Assembly: GCA_964187785.1 (NCBI GenBank)
Contig: OZ076414.1
Coordinates: forward strand, 16,678,001 to 16,742,000
From: Amphiscolops sp. MND2022
Lineage: Eukaryota
Reading direction: 5' to 3'
Length of the DNA: 64,000 nt
This document shows positions 38,853-51,390 of the stretch, in pieces. How positions within the stretch are numbered: position 1 is the stretch's first letter; the number at the start of each line of letters is the position of its first letter. Position numbers and translations under genes: made by a program. The notes below the pieces were generated by a model. The model had not been told where the DNA came from and searched no databases. It was given only the letters and a program-made list of their open reading frames with translations.

Positions 38853-40335
38853 TGTCGAAGGCTGCCTCCTGTGACGGTACGGAAATCACGACCTCGGAAG
38901 TAGGTCAAGCATTAGCTCCTGGAACCCTACCATTTTATTTAGTTGAAACTTCAACTGGCATTTAGACAAAACTAGAAAATTAAGTTGTTTTGATATTCTT
39001 TGGTACAATTGCTTGATGCATATTGCGAGTCTGTTAACAATGCTGATTGTATTGTCCAATTTGAGAATGAAGGTGCTAGTACGCGATGAAATTAAAGCAA
39101 GCTTACCACCAATACGGAAACGAGTTCAAAAGCGCAGAAGAATGATATTAGGATCCTAGCGAAGAAGAACCAATCATTCCTTATGTTGCTTTTGTGCCAT
39201 AATGCTAATATTTTATTTGTCGGATTAGCCTGCTTGACACACAAATTGGGCTTCTGCAATAAAACATTCAGGCAATTGCCCGGTTTAGGCCAAAGATGTA
39301 GAAGTGCAACTAGTGCTAATGTGCCAATATTGTCCCTTTTGTCCGTAATAAAACCCTGAATTCTTAATTTATACCAAAAAACCTTGCTGATACTATTTAG
39401 GATGTTTCCTGCTCATTTGAATGAAAATTTGAAAAACCAGTCTTTAGGCCGGTTCCGGTCAAAGACGCATGACAGATTATTAGTCAGACAGCCCTATTAG
39501 GCCACTTCAATTTCAGGTTAATTCAAGTTATTTGGATGAAAGTTGTAACTTGTTTTTGTCTCATGACCAATAAGGTACGCGTGCAGGCACGTTCTCGGAT
39601 ATAGTGTGTTTGTACTTGCAGTGTTTGAAATTCCTCCGACGCTTTGATTTGAATTGTTGTTCTTCATCAAGCGCCGTTTCAGGAATGTCAATTTTGAAGG
39701 AATGATAATTTTTAGTTTTGCTGACATAGTTTATATAGTACCAACTCCCTTAAGCAGACAACTTTCCCGAACTTATCTAGTGTTCACACCATTGATAAAT
39801 CAAACTTTCCACTTGAATTCAAATATTACACAGTGACTGATTTTAATGCCTGGTACAACAAAACAACAGAACTAAACTAGGAGATCAAGAGAAACAGACA
39901 TGATCTCAGATTTAGAGTATTTGGATGTAATGATGGGGAGCGGTCACTATGGAAGCAAAGATAGCAAGTTTAGCAACTCAGGTACAAGGCCTGAAAGTCC
40001 TAGCTATGACGCTTTTATAGATCATAACTCTAACACACTCTACTTCAAGAGAAAATAAAACCTTTGGGTAACACAGGAAATGAATGGATTGATGGATAGT
40101 GTAAGCTTGTAAAAACAGATGGCCATGAATGAGGCTATAAGTAAGCATGTTTTGCCTCAATCCAAGCCTCTCTTAGGTCCGTAAATGAGCAACCACCCCC
40201 AAAACGGATAGAACTGTCCGGGTGAGAGACCGAAAAGAAAGTCTGAAGATACTTTTATTCGGAAAGTCAGATGCAGTTTTAGAGATGAGCTCCTCGGAAA
40301 CTTAAATCACGAAGAAGATGTGGATACTCATTACA
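38853..40335 (+). repeat. 3' LTR of Gypsy A
   Basis: TGTCGAAGG...CATTACA. Colinear with 10195-11747, including the decayed LTR ORF starting ATGCCTGGTACAAC near 39846. No PBS follows. Confidence 0.85.
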
Positions 40336-41499
40336 GAACGGTATTCACAAAATGTTGACGTTTGGTCGTTTGCCCCAATGCAGTGCGCGTTGATTCTATT
40401 AATTAAAGTACGCTTCAATTTTTTCCAGTTTCTTTGATTTGTTTTTTACGTGACCGGAGAGTAAGCGGAGCGAAACATCTTGCGACGTTTCGCACTGAAA
40501 TGTAAACGGAACGACTGGTTATTTTTCCCGTCTGAAACTGTGACACACTTTTCCGATTGTTTTCTTCAAAGGAGCGTTCCAAGTTTGTAGAAGAACATCC
40601 GTACGGTTGAAATGCACCATAGCGGGTGTTTTGGTTGTCCTCAGAAAATTTTTTGCTGCGACAGAAACTTCAAAACTGACAACTTCGAGATAACTAAGTT
40701 TGATTTTATTCTACTCAAGTTTTTCTACTTGGCCAATTAGCGTGAAAGTTAAATGAATCGAAGAAATGAGATGCCCTGAGATTTTTCATGTACCGTGTCA
40801 CATAAAAAATTGTTGTGTTAGGGAGAATTTTACCGTTAATTAAAGAAATTTTCGCAAGATTTCTTTGAACGTTTTATGAGCAAAATTATTGCTAGAAAAT
40901 GTCATTTTTTGGTCTTGGAGGATTTAAGAAGCGATGCGCCGAAAAACACTGCGATTATTCATGTATTGGTGACTTTTGTGGAATAATTTTCTTGTTGTTT
41001 AATTTTGGAAGCACTTCGCAGAAATTCATCAAGAAGTATTGAGAGCAAAATCAATCCTTCAAGAAGGTATCTTCACGTCTCGAGGTATGGGAGTCATTAT
41101 TTCAAACAGCGCTGAGAATATCATGTGACTTATTCCTCTAGAAAAGTTTCTGTTACGACGTTTTTTGGAAGAAATTGGCCGTTACTTCTCCAAAACTTGA
41201 AGTTTTGAGAAAAAAATCTGACGAAACCTCTTCGCTCTATAATATTTATTGTCCACCATCTCTACCGCTTCGCGTATCTCGCCGTCGTTAGTAGTATGTG
41301 TTAAGCTTTTCATAGGTATTTGGTTCATGCCAATGTCAGCACATCGTTAACACGACCCTTGCGCAAAGCTCCTTTGCGCCCTATTATTACATTTATCTCA
41401 ATTTTTTTATTGTTTTTGTGTTTATGCGCCATCAAGTCTTTGGTCTTGCCCTCTAGTTTTTGATGCATGATACCTCCTGTGATAGTTTTTGTGTTCAAG

Positions 41500-43300
41500 C
41501 TTTGTAAGACATTGTTCTCTTGTAATTTTGATTCTTGCCTGAGTATCCTTACAATTTGTGGTGCCTTGTCCCAGTTATCAACTTGTTGTCCCTCTATATA
41601 CTTGTGATTAGAACGATTGGAAAAGTAATTTTCGAATATTTTTCAACATTTTATAGAAACCAACACTTTTCTGCTAGTTAAAAACGTTTCTGTTTGTAAA
41701 AATACCTCCAGGAAAAAGTGTTTCTGACGCGCTGGACTTTTTGCGGTTGCTCACCTTGATAGTCTGTTACTTTCATACTGATCTCAATTGAAATTTGTTC
41801 TTGTGTTGCAAAGACATGCAAAATGTGCAGTTTTCACAATTGAAACAAAAAGTTTAACAGTTTAAAGTTATTTTTCTGCAATCCATTGCGGAGTGTCCCG
41901 TGTATTCGCAAATTTGGCATACAAATTTTGGTTTGTACTTGGGCTTGTCGTTGTTCTGGTGTTTGGCTGCTTGGTGGCGTCTTGTTTGGTTATGCCATTA
42001 GCTTCATCTCCTTGACCGCCTCTGCAATCTTGTCTTCGATGTCCTTGTTTCCCACAGTAGAAACAATTACCTTCAAATCATTTTTTGTCTGTCTTGTTGG
42101 TATGTTGGTCTGATCGCGTGAATTCTCTCTTGGATTGTTATCTGACAGTTGACTGGTTAGAAGTTCGATGATTGTTATAGTGCCTGATGGTATTGGTACT
42201 CTTGGAGCAGGTTTGTTTTTATTTCCTCTGCGCTTGTGTCCACTTTGTTAGCCATTGTCACCAGCCATGGTCTTTAAGGAAGTCACCAATTGTTTGAGTT
42301 GTTGGATCGTATTTGGCTTCATTTCAATTGTATCTGGTGACTTCTTGCATTCCTTCTTCTGTGAATTTTTTCCTGAACATCCTTAAGACATCAGTCAGTG
42401 TAATTGTGGGAGTGACAGTGACCGTCTGCCAGTAGTCTATAGCCTCGTCGCGTGGTAGGCTATGGAAGAAGTGTATTTTTCTTCGACCGTGGTTTCGTTG
42501 ACTATAGGTTGAAAATGGTTTAGTAGTAAATGCTCTAATTCGTTATTTTTGTCTTTTGTTCCTCTGAAGTTCAGGACATGCGTTTGGAGCAATTTGTTGT
42601 TTCATTTGTGTAATCGTTTTGGTAAATCCTGGATGGCGGTAAGTAAGGCGGTTCCGTGGAATCATTGTGTGTACTTCATACTCTCCTCGCCCTCCCAGTG
42701 TCTTCGGATGCCTGGACTCGAATCCCACTCCTGTCACCATGTTGGACGCCTGTACGCCAAACGAAGATGTTGTAGGGAGGCGTTAACATGTCTGACATTA
42801 TCGCCATTCTGTTCTGAAAATTTCTCCATCATTGCTTTTAAAGTAGATATTTCGGTTTACAGTCGAATACAATGCTCTTCGTTTTCACGCTCAGTCTCAT
42901 TAACAATTGATGGAGAGGGAGACAAAGTTCGCGTTTGTACATTTAAGGTAATGTTGGCAAGTTCCAGTTTACGGTCTAAAACTTTGTGTCAAAAGATATC
43001 ATTTTAGCTCGAGTTGCCTAGAAACAATGAGTTTTTCGTTTCCAAGCCTTCTAAAAGAGAAATGGCTCATGTAATGCATACAACGGGGTTGTAGGTTCAG
43101 AAATTTGATGAGACTTTAGAGGTAAACGTGAGTTACGAATGCGGAATCAATAGGTTTTAATAGCGTATTGTAGTCAGTGCACAAGTCAGATTTCGTGTTG
43201 TTGGTTTGTAGACCTGCGTTGGTAGGTGGTAAGCCTCACTTCTCATCACCTGAGAGCTCTCATTGGATTACCAACGAAATGTTAAGTGGTACTCGGTCAC
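41500..43300 (-). mobile_element. Truncated Gypsy C: LTR end, PBS and gag (boundaries approximate)
   Basis: On minus ...CCAACA|TGGTGACAGGAGTGGGAT, with the frame reading SSFGVQASN-MVTGVGFES. Perfect CCHC knuckle CQICEYTGHSAMDC at 41919-41878. Confidence 0.8.
42722..42739 (-). promoter_or_regulatory. PBS complementary to a tRNA-Leu 3' end
   Basis: Plus strand reads ATCCCACTCCTGTCACCA, resembling the metazoan tRNA-Leu 3' end (...AATCCCACTCCTGACACCA). Confidence 0.75.
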
Positions 43301-44538
43301 GCGACCAGTTCCAGTCGTTAATGCTAAGGGGCAACAAACCATAAATGCGCGCCCAGCAAAATTCAAATCAATTTACCTTGATAAATAAAAAACACAACTT
43401 ACTTCGAGTAATTATCACCATTGAACCAACACTAAGCAGTACAAATCATCAAAGTGATATGAAATTGATGATAACTAATTGTTTGGAAGTCTAAAGGGCA
43501 GCATATCAGAATGAGAGATGAAAAAGCGAGGATGCACTGCAACTAGACAGTTATTTGGATAGGGGAATATTTAAATCATCTTTTAGACATCGTTTTCCAC
43601 CTGTTTTCGGTGTGTTTTCATGTTTTTATGTTGGTAGTTGTGAGAGCAATATACGAGTTTCATTCTTGTGAGAGTGGCAGCATCGGTGATGAGAAATCGA
43701 TGAAGTGTGTGTAGGTTGAGCTTCTAGCGAAAGAGGAACGAATTTTCATCGTTTCATCATTGTTATTTCATACTGCACCAATTTACAATCGAAAATTGAA
43801 GATGTTACATCGTTTCTTGCAGGATCGATGGAAAATTCACATCTCATATACATCGTCGGTATTTCAACTCAGCAATGATATCTGTTCATGACAGTTGATA
43901 TATAAATGAGAGGGATTTCATCACGTTCATATCGTTATATAATAGCTCCCTTAAAACACATATCTCTGTGCGATGGTTCAGTGATGAAATTAATTTTAAA
44001 TCACGACAGCTCGTTGTGAGGCTCAACGGGCCGTCGTCTTCACATCTTTCATCTTTTTATCATCGGTTTACTTGAATTCAGTGTTTGTTTTGCTCTGTCT
44101 CGTGAGTTATTTCTGCTTCGGTTTTGACCCGTATTTCGAACATATATGCACAGTATTCATTCAGGAGGCTCATGATAAATATTACATAGCTCACACTCAA
44201 GTTAGGGGATTAGAATAAAAACGTAGAGTTGCGCACAACCATGAATCGTTTTGTATGACTTCATTTTACATATAGATAATTATATAAGACATAAAGTGTA
44301 CATTACAGATAATATTGGAGCTATATTTCCATCATGCTGGCAGGACCATTCATGCTCGAAGGGACCATTCTTTTTGAAAATAAAACATGATGAATTTTAG
44401 AGCAGACGTTTTGATGAAGAAATTTTTCTCACTCAGTACCGAAAAATCTCAGAGCGATACTTTTCCAAAAAAACTGTGCAAATCTAAAAAATTCAACTGT
44501 TTTTTTCCAATTTCTATTTTTTATCTTTCATCGATGTC

Positions 44539-46155
44539 TGTCGCAGGCGGCCACCTGCGATGGCAACGTCTATACGATCGATCATAGTATACCGATTGCC
44601 CTACCCGGAACAATTCCAATATATACTGTTTTCCAAACTTTATTTGATGTTTAGAAACTCAATATTATTTCATTCAATGCATAAAAATTCAGTTTAGTTT
44701 ATTGTTATAATATTTGACAGCGAGCTATACTGACAGGCAGGAAGGAAACGCGTTCGAATGTATGCCTGTTTAGTAAAGCTAATATGGCCGCGCACGGCGA
44801 ATTGACCAAGCACAACCATGCTAATTTCACTCATTGTTGCTATTCATATATATTTACTCAAGAATGGACCAGTCCGGTCACGTGGTTGGACCGGCCTGCA
44901 TTATTTGTTACTATGCTATGTTGACAGTTGTACAAGAAAAATAAGGACGGACTCGGCTTGCGAGTTAATTGGTCCAATTGTTGGATTAGTAATGCTATTA
45001 TTTGAAGTAAGGCCCTACACGGCCTATCGACGTGATGAGGGCTACATGAAACGTTGCTATATACATAAGATGCAGTTAGATGAAGTGCATGTAAGGCTTC
45101 CCTACAATGAATAAAAATAATTCAGGGAAGCAAATGTAGTTTCATTCTCATCTTTTATGCGTTTGAAACGCCCCCCATGGCGATTGGCCATGTAGGGCAT
45201 ATATGGACTGTGTATACATGTAATGGTAAATTACACATGAAATCCATGTAAACTATTTTGACCGTTCAAACGGCATGTCCCGCCGTGACCTTATCAAGTG
45301 CTTTCAATCATACCGCCCCCACAAGTACTCAGTGACGTAACGATGCTATTAATAGTAATGACGTGATCTATTTATGGCTTGCAAGTTATTTTTAGTAACG
45401 TGACCGTCATTTTATTGAGTGTCATGCTCACTTGGGTATATAAACCCATGTTGGCCTTTAGGCGGGTAATTCTGATCCAATACGCTTATTGTTCAGTTGC
45501 TCTTATACTAGTTGTACAAGATTTACTGTGAAGCCCAACTTTATATTGTCCACAGGAACAATTTACCTATTTTCTCCTGGAGAAATATTTTCAATGCCTT
45601 CCACAAGAAAACAAAAGGCCAAGGCCAGGAAATCAAGAGAGTTAGATGTGTTGTCCGACTACGGCAATATGGACATAATGTTAGGCGATGGAAACTCCAA
45701 CTCCATAGAAAGAGAGTTGGACAGTCTTATTAATGTCCCCGATAGGCCACAGGACTTTCAGTCTTTTCCAAATAGAGAAATTTCGTCTCAGGAAAATGAA
45801 ATCGGAGACATTGATAATAGAAATGAACCCGTCAGGGAAGGCAGACTGATTGAGTCAATCAACGTATTGTCTGGAGAAATGAATGCTAGGATGTCTCGCG
45901 AAATGGAGACAATGATGGAACTCATGCATACTCAGATTAGTAGGGCTATCAATTCTGCTATAAGCGAGAGAATCATTCCAGAATTACAAAACATGGTGGG
46001 AACTTTACCTTTGAGTCACTATGGCGTTGAGCCGTGCACGTCCACAAATGAGAATGGAATTAGGAATGTTTGGCAGAACGCAAATACAGAATTAACAAAG
46101 AAGGACTCAAGGTCCGCTTGTGATCTAAGGGACCACACGGACAACACTCCTTACA
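44539..46155 (+). mobile_element. Solo LTR (1617 bp), Gypsy family related to the 523-2170 LTR
   Basis: TGTCGCAGG...CCTTACA with perfect 5-bp TSD ATGTC (44534-44538 and 46156-46160). Confidence 0.92.
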
Positions 46156-46169
46156 ATGTCCAACAATGA
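45594..46169 (+). CDS. LTR-encoded gag N-terminal ORF (191 aa from ATG)
   Basis: MPSTRKQKAKARKSRELDVLSDYGNMDIMLG..., open to the LTR end and stopping 14 nt into the flank. TATATAAA at 45437-45444. Confidence 0.7.
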   Translation: MPSTRKQKAKARKSRELDVLSDYGNMDIMLGDGNSNSIERELDSLINVPDRPQDFQSFPNREISSQENEIGDIDNRNEPVREGRLIESINVLSGEMNARMSREMETMMELMHTQISRAINSAISERIIPELQNMVGTLPLSHYGVEPCTSTNENGIRNVWQNANTELTKKDSRSACDLRDHTDNTPYNVQQ

Positions 46170-46280
46170 AAAGCTCTTGGGGAAAAGACTTGGGGAAGAC
46201 GCAACCGATTTGTTTAGAAAGTCAACTTGTTTGACCATTCCGAATCAAGCATTAAACGACACTTTTAAACGGAAATTAAC

Positions 46281-46553
46281 CTTTAAGAAAGCAGCTCATA
46301 TATGAGGAATCAGCCACAACTTCGTTCTCCTCGCGTTCTGAAGTGATTGCATAACAATTCCTGTACTGAAGTTCTCTGAAGTCAGGGTGGAATGGGTTCT
46401 CCATGAATGCAAAATATGCTGAAGAATTCGTTTCCATGACCGCGTGAACACACTCATGAAATGTTCCAAACATCCCAACTAAGATAGATTCCCTATGCAA
46501 CGCATCAACCATCCTGGATTCAGGAATGGAAAAATCGCCAATGCAGAGTGAGT
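46281..46553 (-). CDS. Gene M exon B (273 nt, phase 1-1)
   Basis: Acceptor GTTTCAG|AC, donor AAAG|GTTAAT. Reads DSLCIGDFSIPESRMVDALH...HECVHAV...NCYAI...YMSCFLKG. Confidence 0.88.
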
Positions 46554-49394
46554 CTGAAACATAAAGGAGAAACTGTTAACATGAAGAAGTACTTGTTCTA
46601 AAATTCAGAAGTAAGCCTTTCTGACGAACAACTAATAAATATGGTGCAAAGTCGAATCCCGACAATCTAGTTCAAGCAGAAAAGGTAAAATTCCCGCACA
46701 TCAACTTTCCTTTATAGACGCTTTTTTGGTCACATTTCCCCAAATATGTATAAATCCAGCAACAAAAACAACAATTGCCTAAATTCATTTTTCAGCTATA
46801 ATTGGTCGACACTTGTGCATCTCTCTCGTCTAAAGCAATTGTCCAATATCCTTTAGTTCAATGTAGATACAAAAAATTAAGCCTTTGATGTAGGATCTTC
46901 TTGTTTTACCAATCATCTTGAAATAGTATTTTCGAAACCATTGCTTGTTATTAGTTGTTCAGGCTTAAAAATTGGGACTAAAACCATTTTACATAGACCC
47001 AAGTATTCGTTCTTTTATATGCTGAATGCAATTTGCAGCTGATTGTAAAGATTGCAATTCCTGAATGTTCGATTTTTTCTTCTATGTTTTTTCTCTTTCC
47101 TTCTACTAATATCAAAAATTCTTTTTCCTCCATTCCGTGTGCCATAACTTCTACAACTTTTCACTTCAGTTATAACATAAATTTTATCTACCATTTGATC
47201 ACTGAAGAACACCTATTATGATGAACTTTCTTCATAGAAAATCAAGAAATCAAGAGAATTTCTCCTAGTTCGAATCCCGCGGTAGAAAGTTTTAAAGCTT
47301 TCAACAAAAGAACAGAAAACACAGAGGAAATTTACTGGCACTATGCGAGTTTTTTGACACTTTCTCAAAAGCAAAATCCCCCAGTCGAAATTCAGCAGAG
47401 ACAAAGCGCTTTGCCAAAATATAAGGCTCCTTGAGGAAGATTTTTACTCTGCTACTCACAGAAAAACTTTTCTCTCCCAATTTGTGTCTTTGCGGTTTTC
47501 TGTTAAGCAAAAAAGTTGCCCCGTCTAAAGGGTGACCTCTTAAACTATTTTTAGTTGGCGGATTTAGCAGAAAATGGGCATCACAATTATCGTGGCACGT
47601 TTTTGTATTTTTTGTCAGATGAAAATCTCACACTGAATGGCCCACTTTTGGATCAATCTCTTTTTGACATTATATCTAAAGTGAGTTGTGTTTTGCTAGC
47701 TAAGGAGGAGGCGGGGTTAGAAAACAACATCACTCTCATTTTTCTAGCACGCTTTATTGAAATTGGTGAGTTTATATCCGAAGTAGTATATCTTTTGCTA
47801 CAGTGGAGGCGTACGTTCGAAAAACGTTCCCATTTGTTCCAGCACGCTATACCCAAAGTTTTAACGTCATATCTGAAGTGAACTATGTTCACCTGAAGAG
47901 GAGGTGGAAGTTCGAAAACATTGCGCTTTATCGGAATTTTGTCTCTTTTTAAGCCCAGTGAACTAACATTCCTTTGAAAATTTCATTACCCTTGTTGAAA
48001 CTGCTTGAACCTTTTGCATGTACTTTAATGTTGCCAGCAACTTCTATTATGATTTTCTATAACTCTTACGAAAACTTTCATGCGAAAATATTATTTCCCT
48101 GTTGTATTCAACTTTTATCGAGCTGCTTGAAAAATTCATTAAACTTTTGGCGGCAATTTTGAGCATTGAAGTTTGTAGGTTTAATTAAGGAGCAGTTTTA
48201 ATTTTAAAAACAAATATATTGCTCTCAGTATAACAGCCATTTTAATGCAAAATAACTTCAGTCACGTAATAATCTGCAAATTAGCGTCATGTTTAGTGTC
48301 CTATTTGAGAAGCGGTGATCACATCGGATGAGTAGTTGAGAAAACAGAGTGTAAATACAAAGTGATCATGTCGGTGGGTGGTGAAGTGGTATTTATTTTC
48401 AAATTTAATTGCAGTGGAAAATGCAGTGTAATTCTTCAAAATTTACCCTCGGAATTACCACTGAGTTTTCTAGGTTTTATAAACAAATACCCTGCATTCA
48501 GGCCTGCAGCATGTTAAAAGTTCCTGCAGTCTCAACTAGGGTAGTTAACGTAATAACATCCAACTGCCTCTTACTTGGTACTCCTATGTTTGTTAGATTT
48601 TACAAAAAACGCTTCTTTAAAACTTCGCGCTTTTTGTCCTCAAGCAGGTCGCCGACTTGGGACGTTATTTGGTCATGTAGAACTAATGAGAATTTTTTCA
48701 ATTATTGGAGAAATTTTCAACTGTGTGCGACATTTCTTTCACTGAAATTTGTCATTTTACAGGAGGTTCTCTGCTTCGGTTTCACATTTTAGCACTTTCA
48801 GAATCGTGCGAATTTTTTTGAACAAAGATTTTTGGAAAAAATCTCAAAATTGGGATTTTGCAAAATTTCAAAAAAAGTTTCATTACGTTGAAAAGTACTG
48901 TCAAAAGTTCTTTTGTAACAGTATGCCAAAAGTATCGCAGTGTAACTGTGCCTTTTGTTCAAACAGAAATTGGCTCGAAATGAAAAACTCAGCACAGTTT
49001 CTTTTACTTGTAAAACGTTTTAAAGTTGTATAATTCTTTGCATAATCTATAATTCTCTCACAAATTTCCTAATTTGATTTGAATTGCAAGGATTTTATCA
49101 TAAATTAAAGGAAAGTTGCGGTAAGTATACCATTCTAAAAATATTTCCGAAAGTTTCACATTTGCTGGGGCCCATTTTCTCTTCCTGAAACAATATCCTG
49201 AAAAACGCCAAAAGTTAGAAGTTTGTAGCTTTATCCTCCAACTCTTAGCGAGAAACAAGTGCTGATATCATCACGTACTAAAGTTATTAGCCCGAAACCG
49301 CACCTAAAGTAGTCATAACAAAAATTTCGTGATGTAAAAAATGAAGTATGTGTATTTGTGACTACTTAATGGTGTCGATTCCTGAAGGAAACGT

Positions 49395-50139
49395 TGTAAC
49401 GTCAGGCACGGGACGTTGCAGAAATTTTTGAAAATTTCGATCAAAAATTCGAAATGTGCGGTATCAAACAAGCACATTCAAGATAGCCGACCCGGCAGGT
49501 ACGAAAACCGTAGAGGAAGCAAAAATAAAGGCAAAACAACACCCAGAAGACCCCACCCCCACCCAGGAACGTGAATGTCAAAGATGTCATCACCCAGAAG
49601 GCAAGAGAATCAGGAATTGTGCCAGCTGACAGCAAAAAGACAGGGTTTCGGCAGAAAAGGGCCAAATAAGACCATTGTGTCCTGAAGACGAGGAATGCTG
49701 CCAGAGGCCAGACTGACGACCGACCCTAAACTGTAATGTTATTGGGGCTTATCCCCGTGTTTTGTCACGTTTACAGAGTATTTGGATGATGTTTGATCTA
49801 CTAGATCTGTATTTTAGAACTTATTCCCCAAATACAATGTATTTCAGTTAGACACCTTTTTGGACCTCGGAAGTATGTAGGAGGTGGCAGGAATGTATGA
49901 TAGGAACCTAGGATTCGTTTTTACAGGCTTGTGGGGCGTGTCCGGACTTTGAGAGTGCCGGCACGTCGCCTCGGAGCTCTAACTAGAGAAGCCTCCTTAG
50001 ACGATAGAAACGTCCCCCTTGGAGACCATTTTGGGATCAAAAACTAGTGCCTAGGGATGTAGTAAGACAACGGTCTCCTGTTTAAGCACCCTAGGCATTG
50101 TCCCTCTTCCTAGATGTGCGTCGGTAGCCGGTCGTTACA
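49395..50139. mobile_element. Probable solo LTR (745 bp)
   Basis: Termini TGTAACG...CGTTACA. Flanked by direct repeat CGT (or ACGTT overlapping the ends), so the TSD is ambiguous. Confidence 0.5.
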
Positions 50140-51105
50140 CGTTTTCGGAGAAAATCCCATTTCATATATCTGACAAAAATTCAATGCCATAGCTTAGTTT
50201 CTGAACTTATGACCAGTAGATAAAGTACGATAGAAGTACGTGAAAATTCGATGAAAACACTTCCACTAATATCGAAATTAATAAAATAACTCTGATCGGA
50301 CTCACACACACTGTTGATCGTGCGATTTTTCAGGTGAGGGCTTGCGGAAAAAAACAATCGTTTACGATTTTGCTTGCTTTTAGTCTTTTAATGCCCGTGT
50401 ATAATGTTGTTTAGGTCAACAATCTCGAAATCTGTTGAAATTTGCCAAGCAAAAGTACAAAATACAGTGCTGTGACTAATGAAGAGCTAACGAATAAGTT
50501 CCGGTCAACTTCTGCATCGAATATCTCGAGGCCATTTGGAAATTTTGAAAACTTCGATATTTTAGCTACACCTTTTTGGCGAGTTTATACTAAATTGTCT
50601 CCCTCAAACGTAATAAATATAAGTTCCGATTTCGAAAAAAACCACCTTTTCAGAAAAATTAGTCTGAAATTTTTCAAAATTATACTGATATTAGTTTGGT
50701 ACTCATTTCTTTTGCAAAAAACTAACTTTTCTCTTCGGTGAGTTTTTGGCACAACAATGGAATACTGTTTTGCAGAGAATCTGCAAAAATCCGAACAATA
50801 TAAATTTTCGAGATGAATTTGTCCGCAATTGCTGAAAACTGAAAAATATTCATTTTGGGTTTTTCCTCCGCATGGCGGTTCACTCATTGCGCTGATGAAA
50901 ATTGAAAGTGAGAGCATGTAAATATTATCAAGTGGTTGAGAACGACGAGCACGGGGAGCTATTTTTTTAATCATTGTACTGTTTTTCGCATCCTGCTATT
51001 TTCATGCTTTTCAATTTGTTTCGATATCTGAGGTAGTTTTTTCAGTTGGTATTGTTTTGGAAAGTGATCTTGCACTCACGAAAAGTTGACAACAAATTGA
51101 CTCAC

Positions 51106-51390
51106 CAAAAATGCAAAACTGCATTGGGGGATGTTGATCAATATCGACAATGTGGTAGCTCAACTCCCCTGTATCATCTGGGGGTTCTATTCCAATACAT
51201 TGAGTCCTGTCTTGACTCATCATCCACCCCTCTGCGTGGGGACTCTGTCTCAGTATCTCGGTGCTGCAGTCCTCGGGGTTGCCTGTCCAGGGGGTGATCA
51301 GGTTGTTAGGGGAGAGGGAGTAAGAGCCACTGTACAGTGTCCCTGTTCTCCCAAACTCAGAGGAGTCACAGGAACCAATTGTATGAGGAA
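51106..51390 (-). CDS. Gene M exon A (285 nt, phase 1-1)
   Basis: Acceptor AACGCTTCAG|TT, donor TTTG|GTGAGT. Reads (x)PHTIGSCDSSEFGRTGTLYSGSYSLSPNNLITPWTGNPEDC...QC...PPMQFCIFG. Upstream (signal-peptide) exon not identified. Confidence 0.88.

Larger units (their letters stand above)
10195..40335 (+). mobile_element. Outer Ty3/Gypsy element A (about 13 kb originally, expanded to 30 kb by nested insertions)
   Basis: Homologous LTRs at 10195-11747 and 38853-40335, PBS after the 5' LTR, and decayed pro-RT-RH-IN. Flanks GAATG (10190-10194) and GAACG (40336-40340) form a 5-bp TSD with one CpG-type transition. Confidence 0.8.

Noticed and set aside
38853-40335. Independent solo LTR
   Set aside because: Its own flanks do not match (GGCAG versus GAACG), while the right flank matches the left flank of the LTR at 10195.
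42700-42739. tRNA-Leu gene (T-arm-like sequence ending CCA)
   Set aside because: Only the 3' ~20 nt match and it abuts an LTR end; this is a primer-binding site.
46600-51000. Numerous 60-130 aa ORFs as genes
   Set aside because: Low-complexity AT-rich intronic sequence with overlapping ORFs on both strands, no motifs and no paralogous support.
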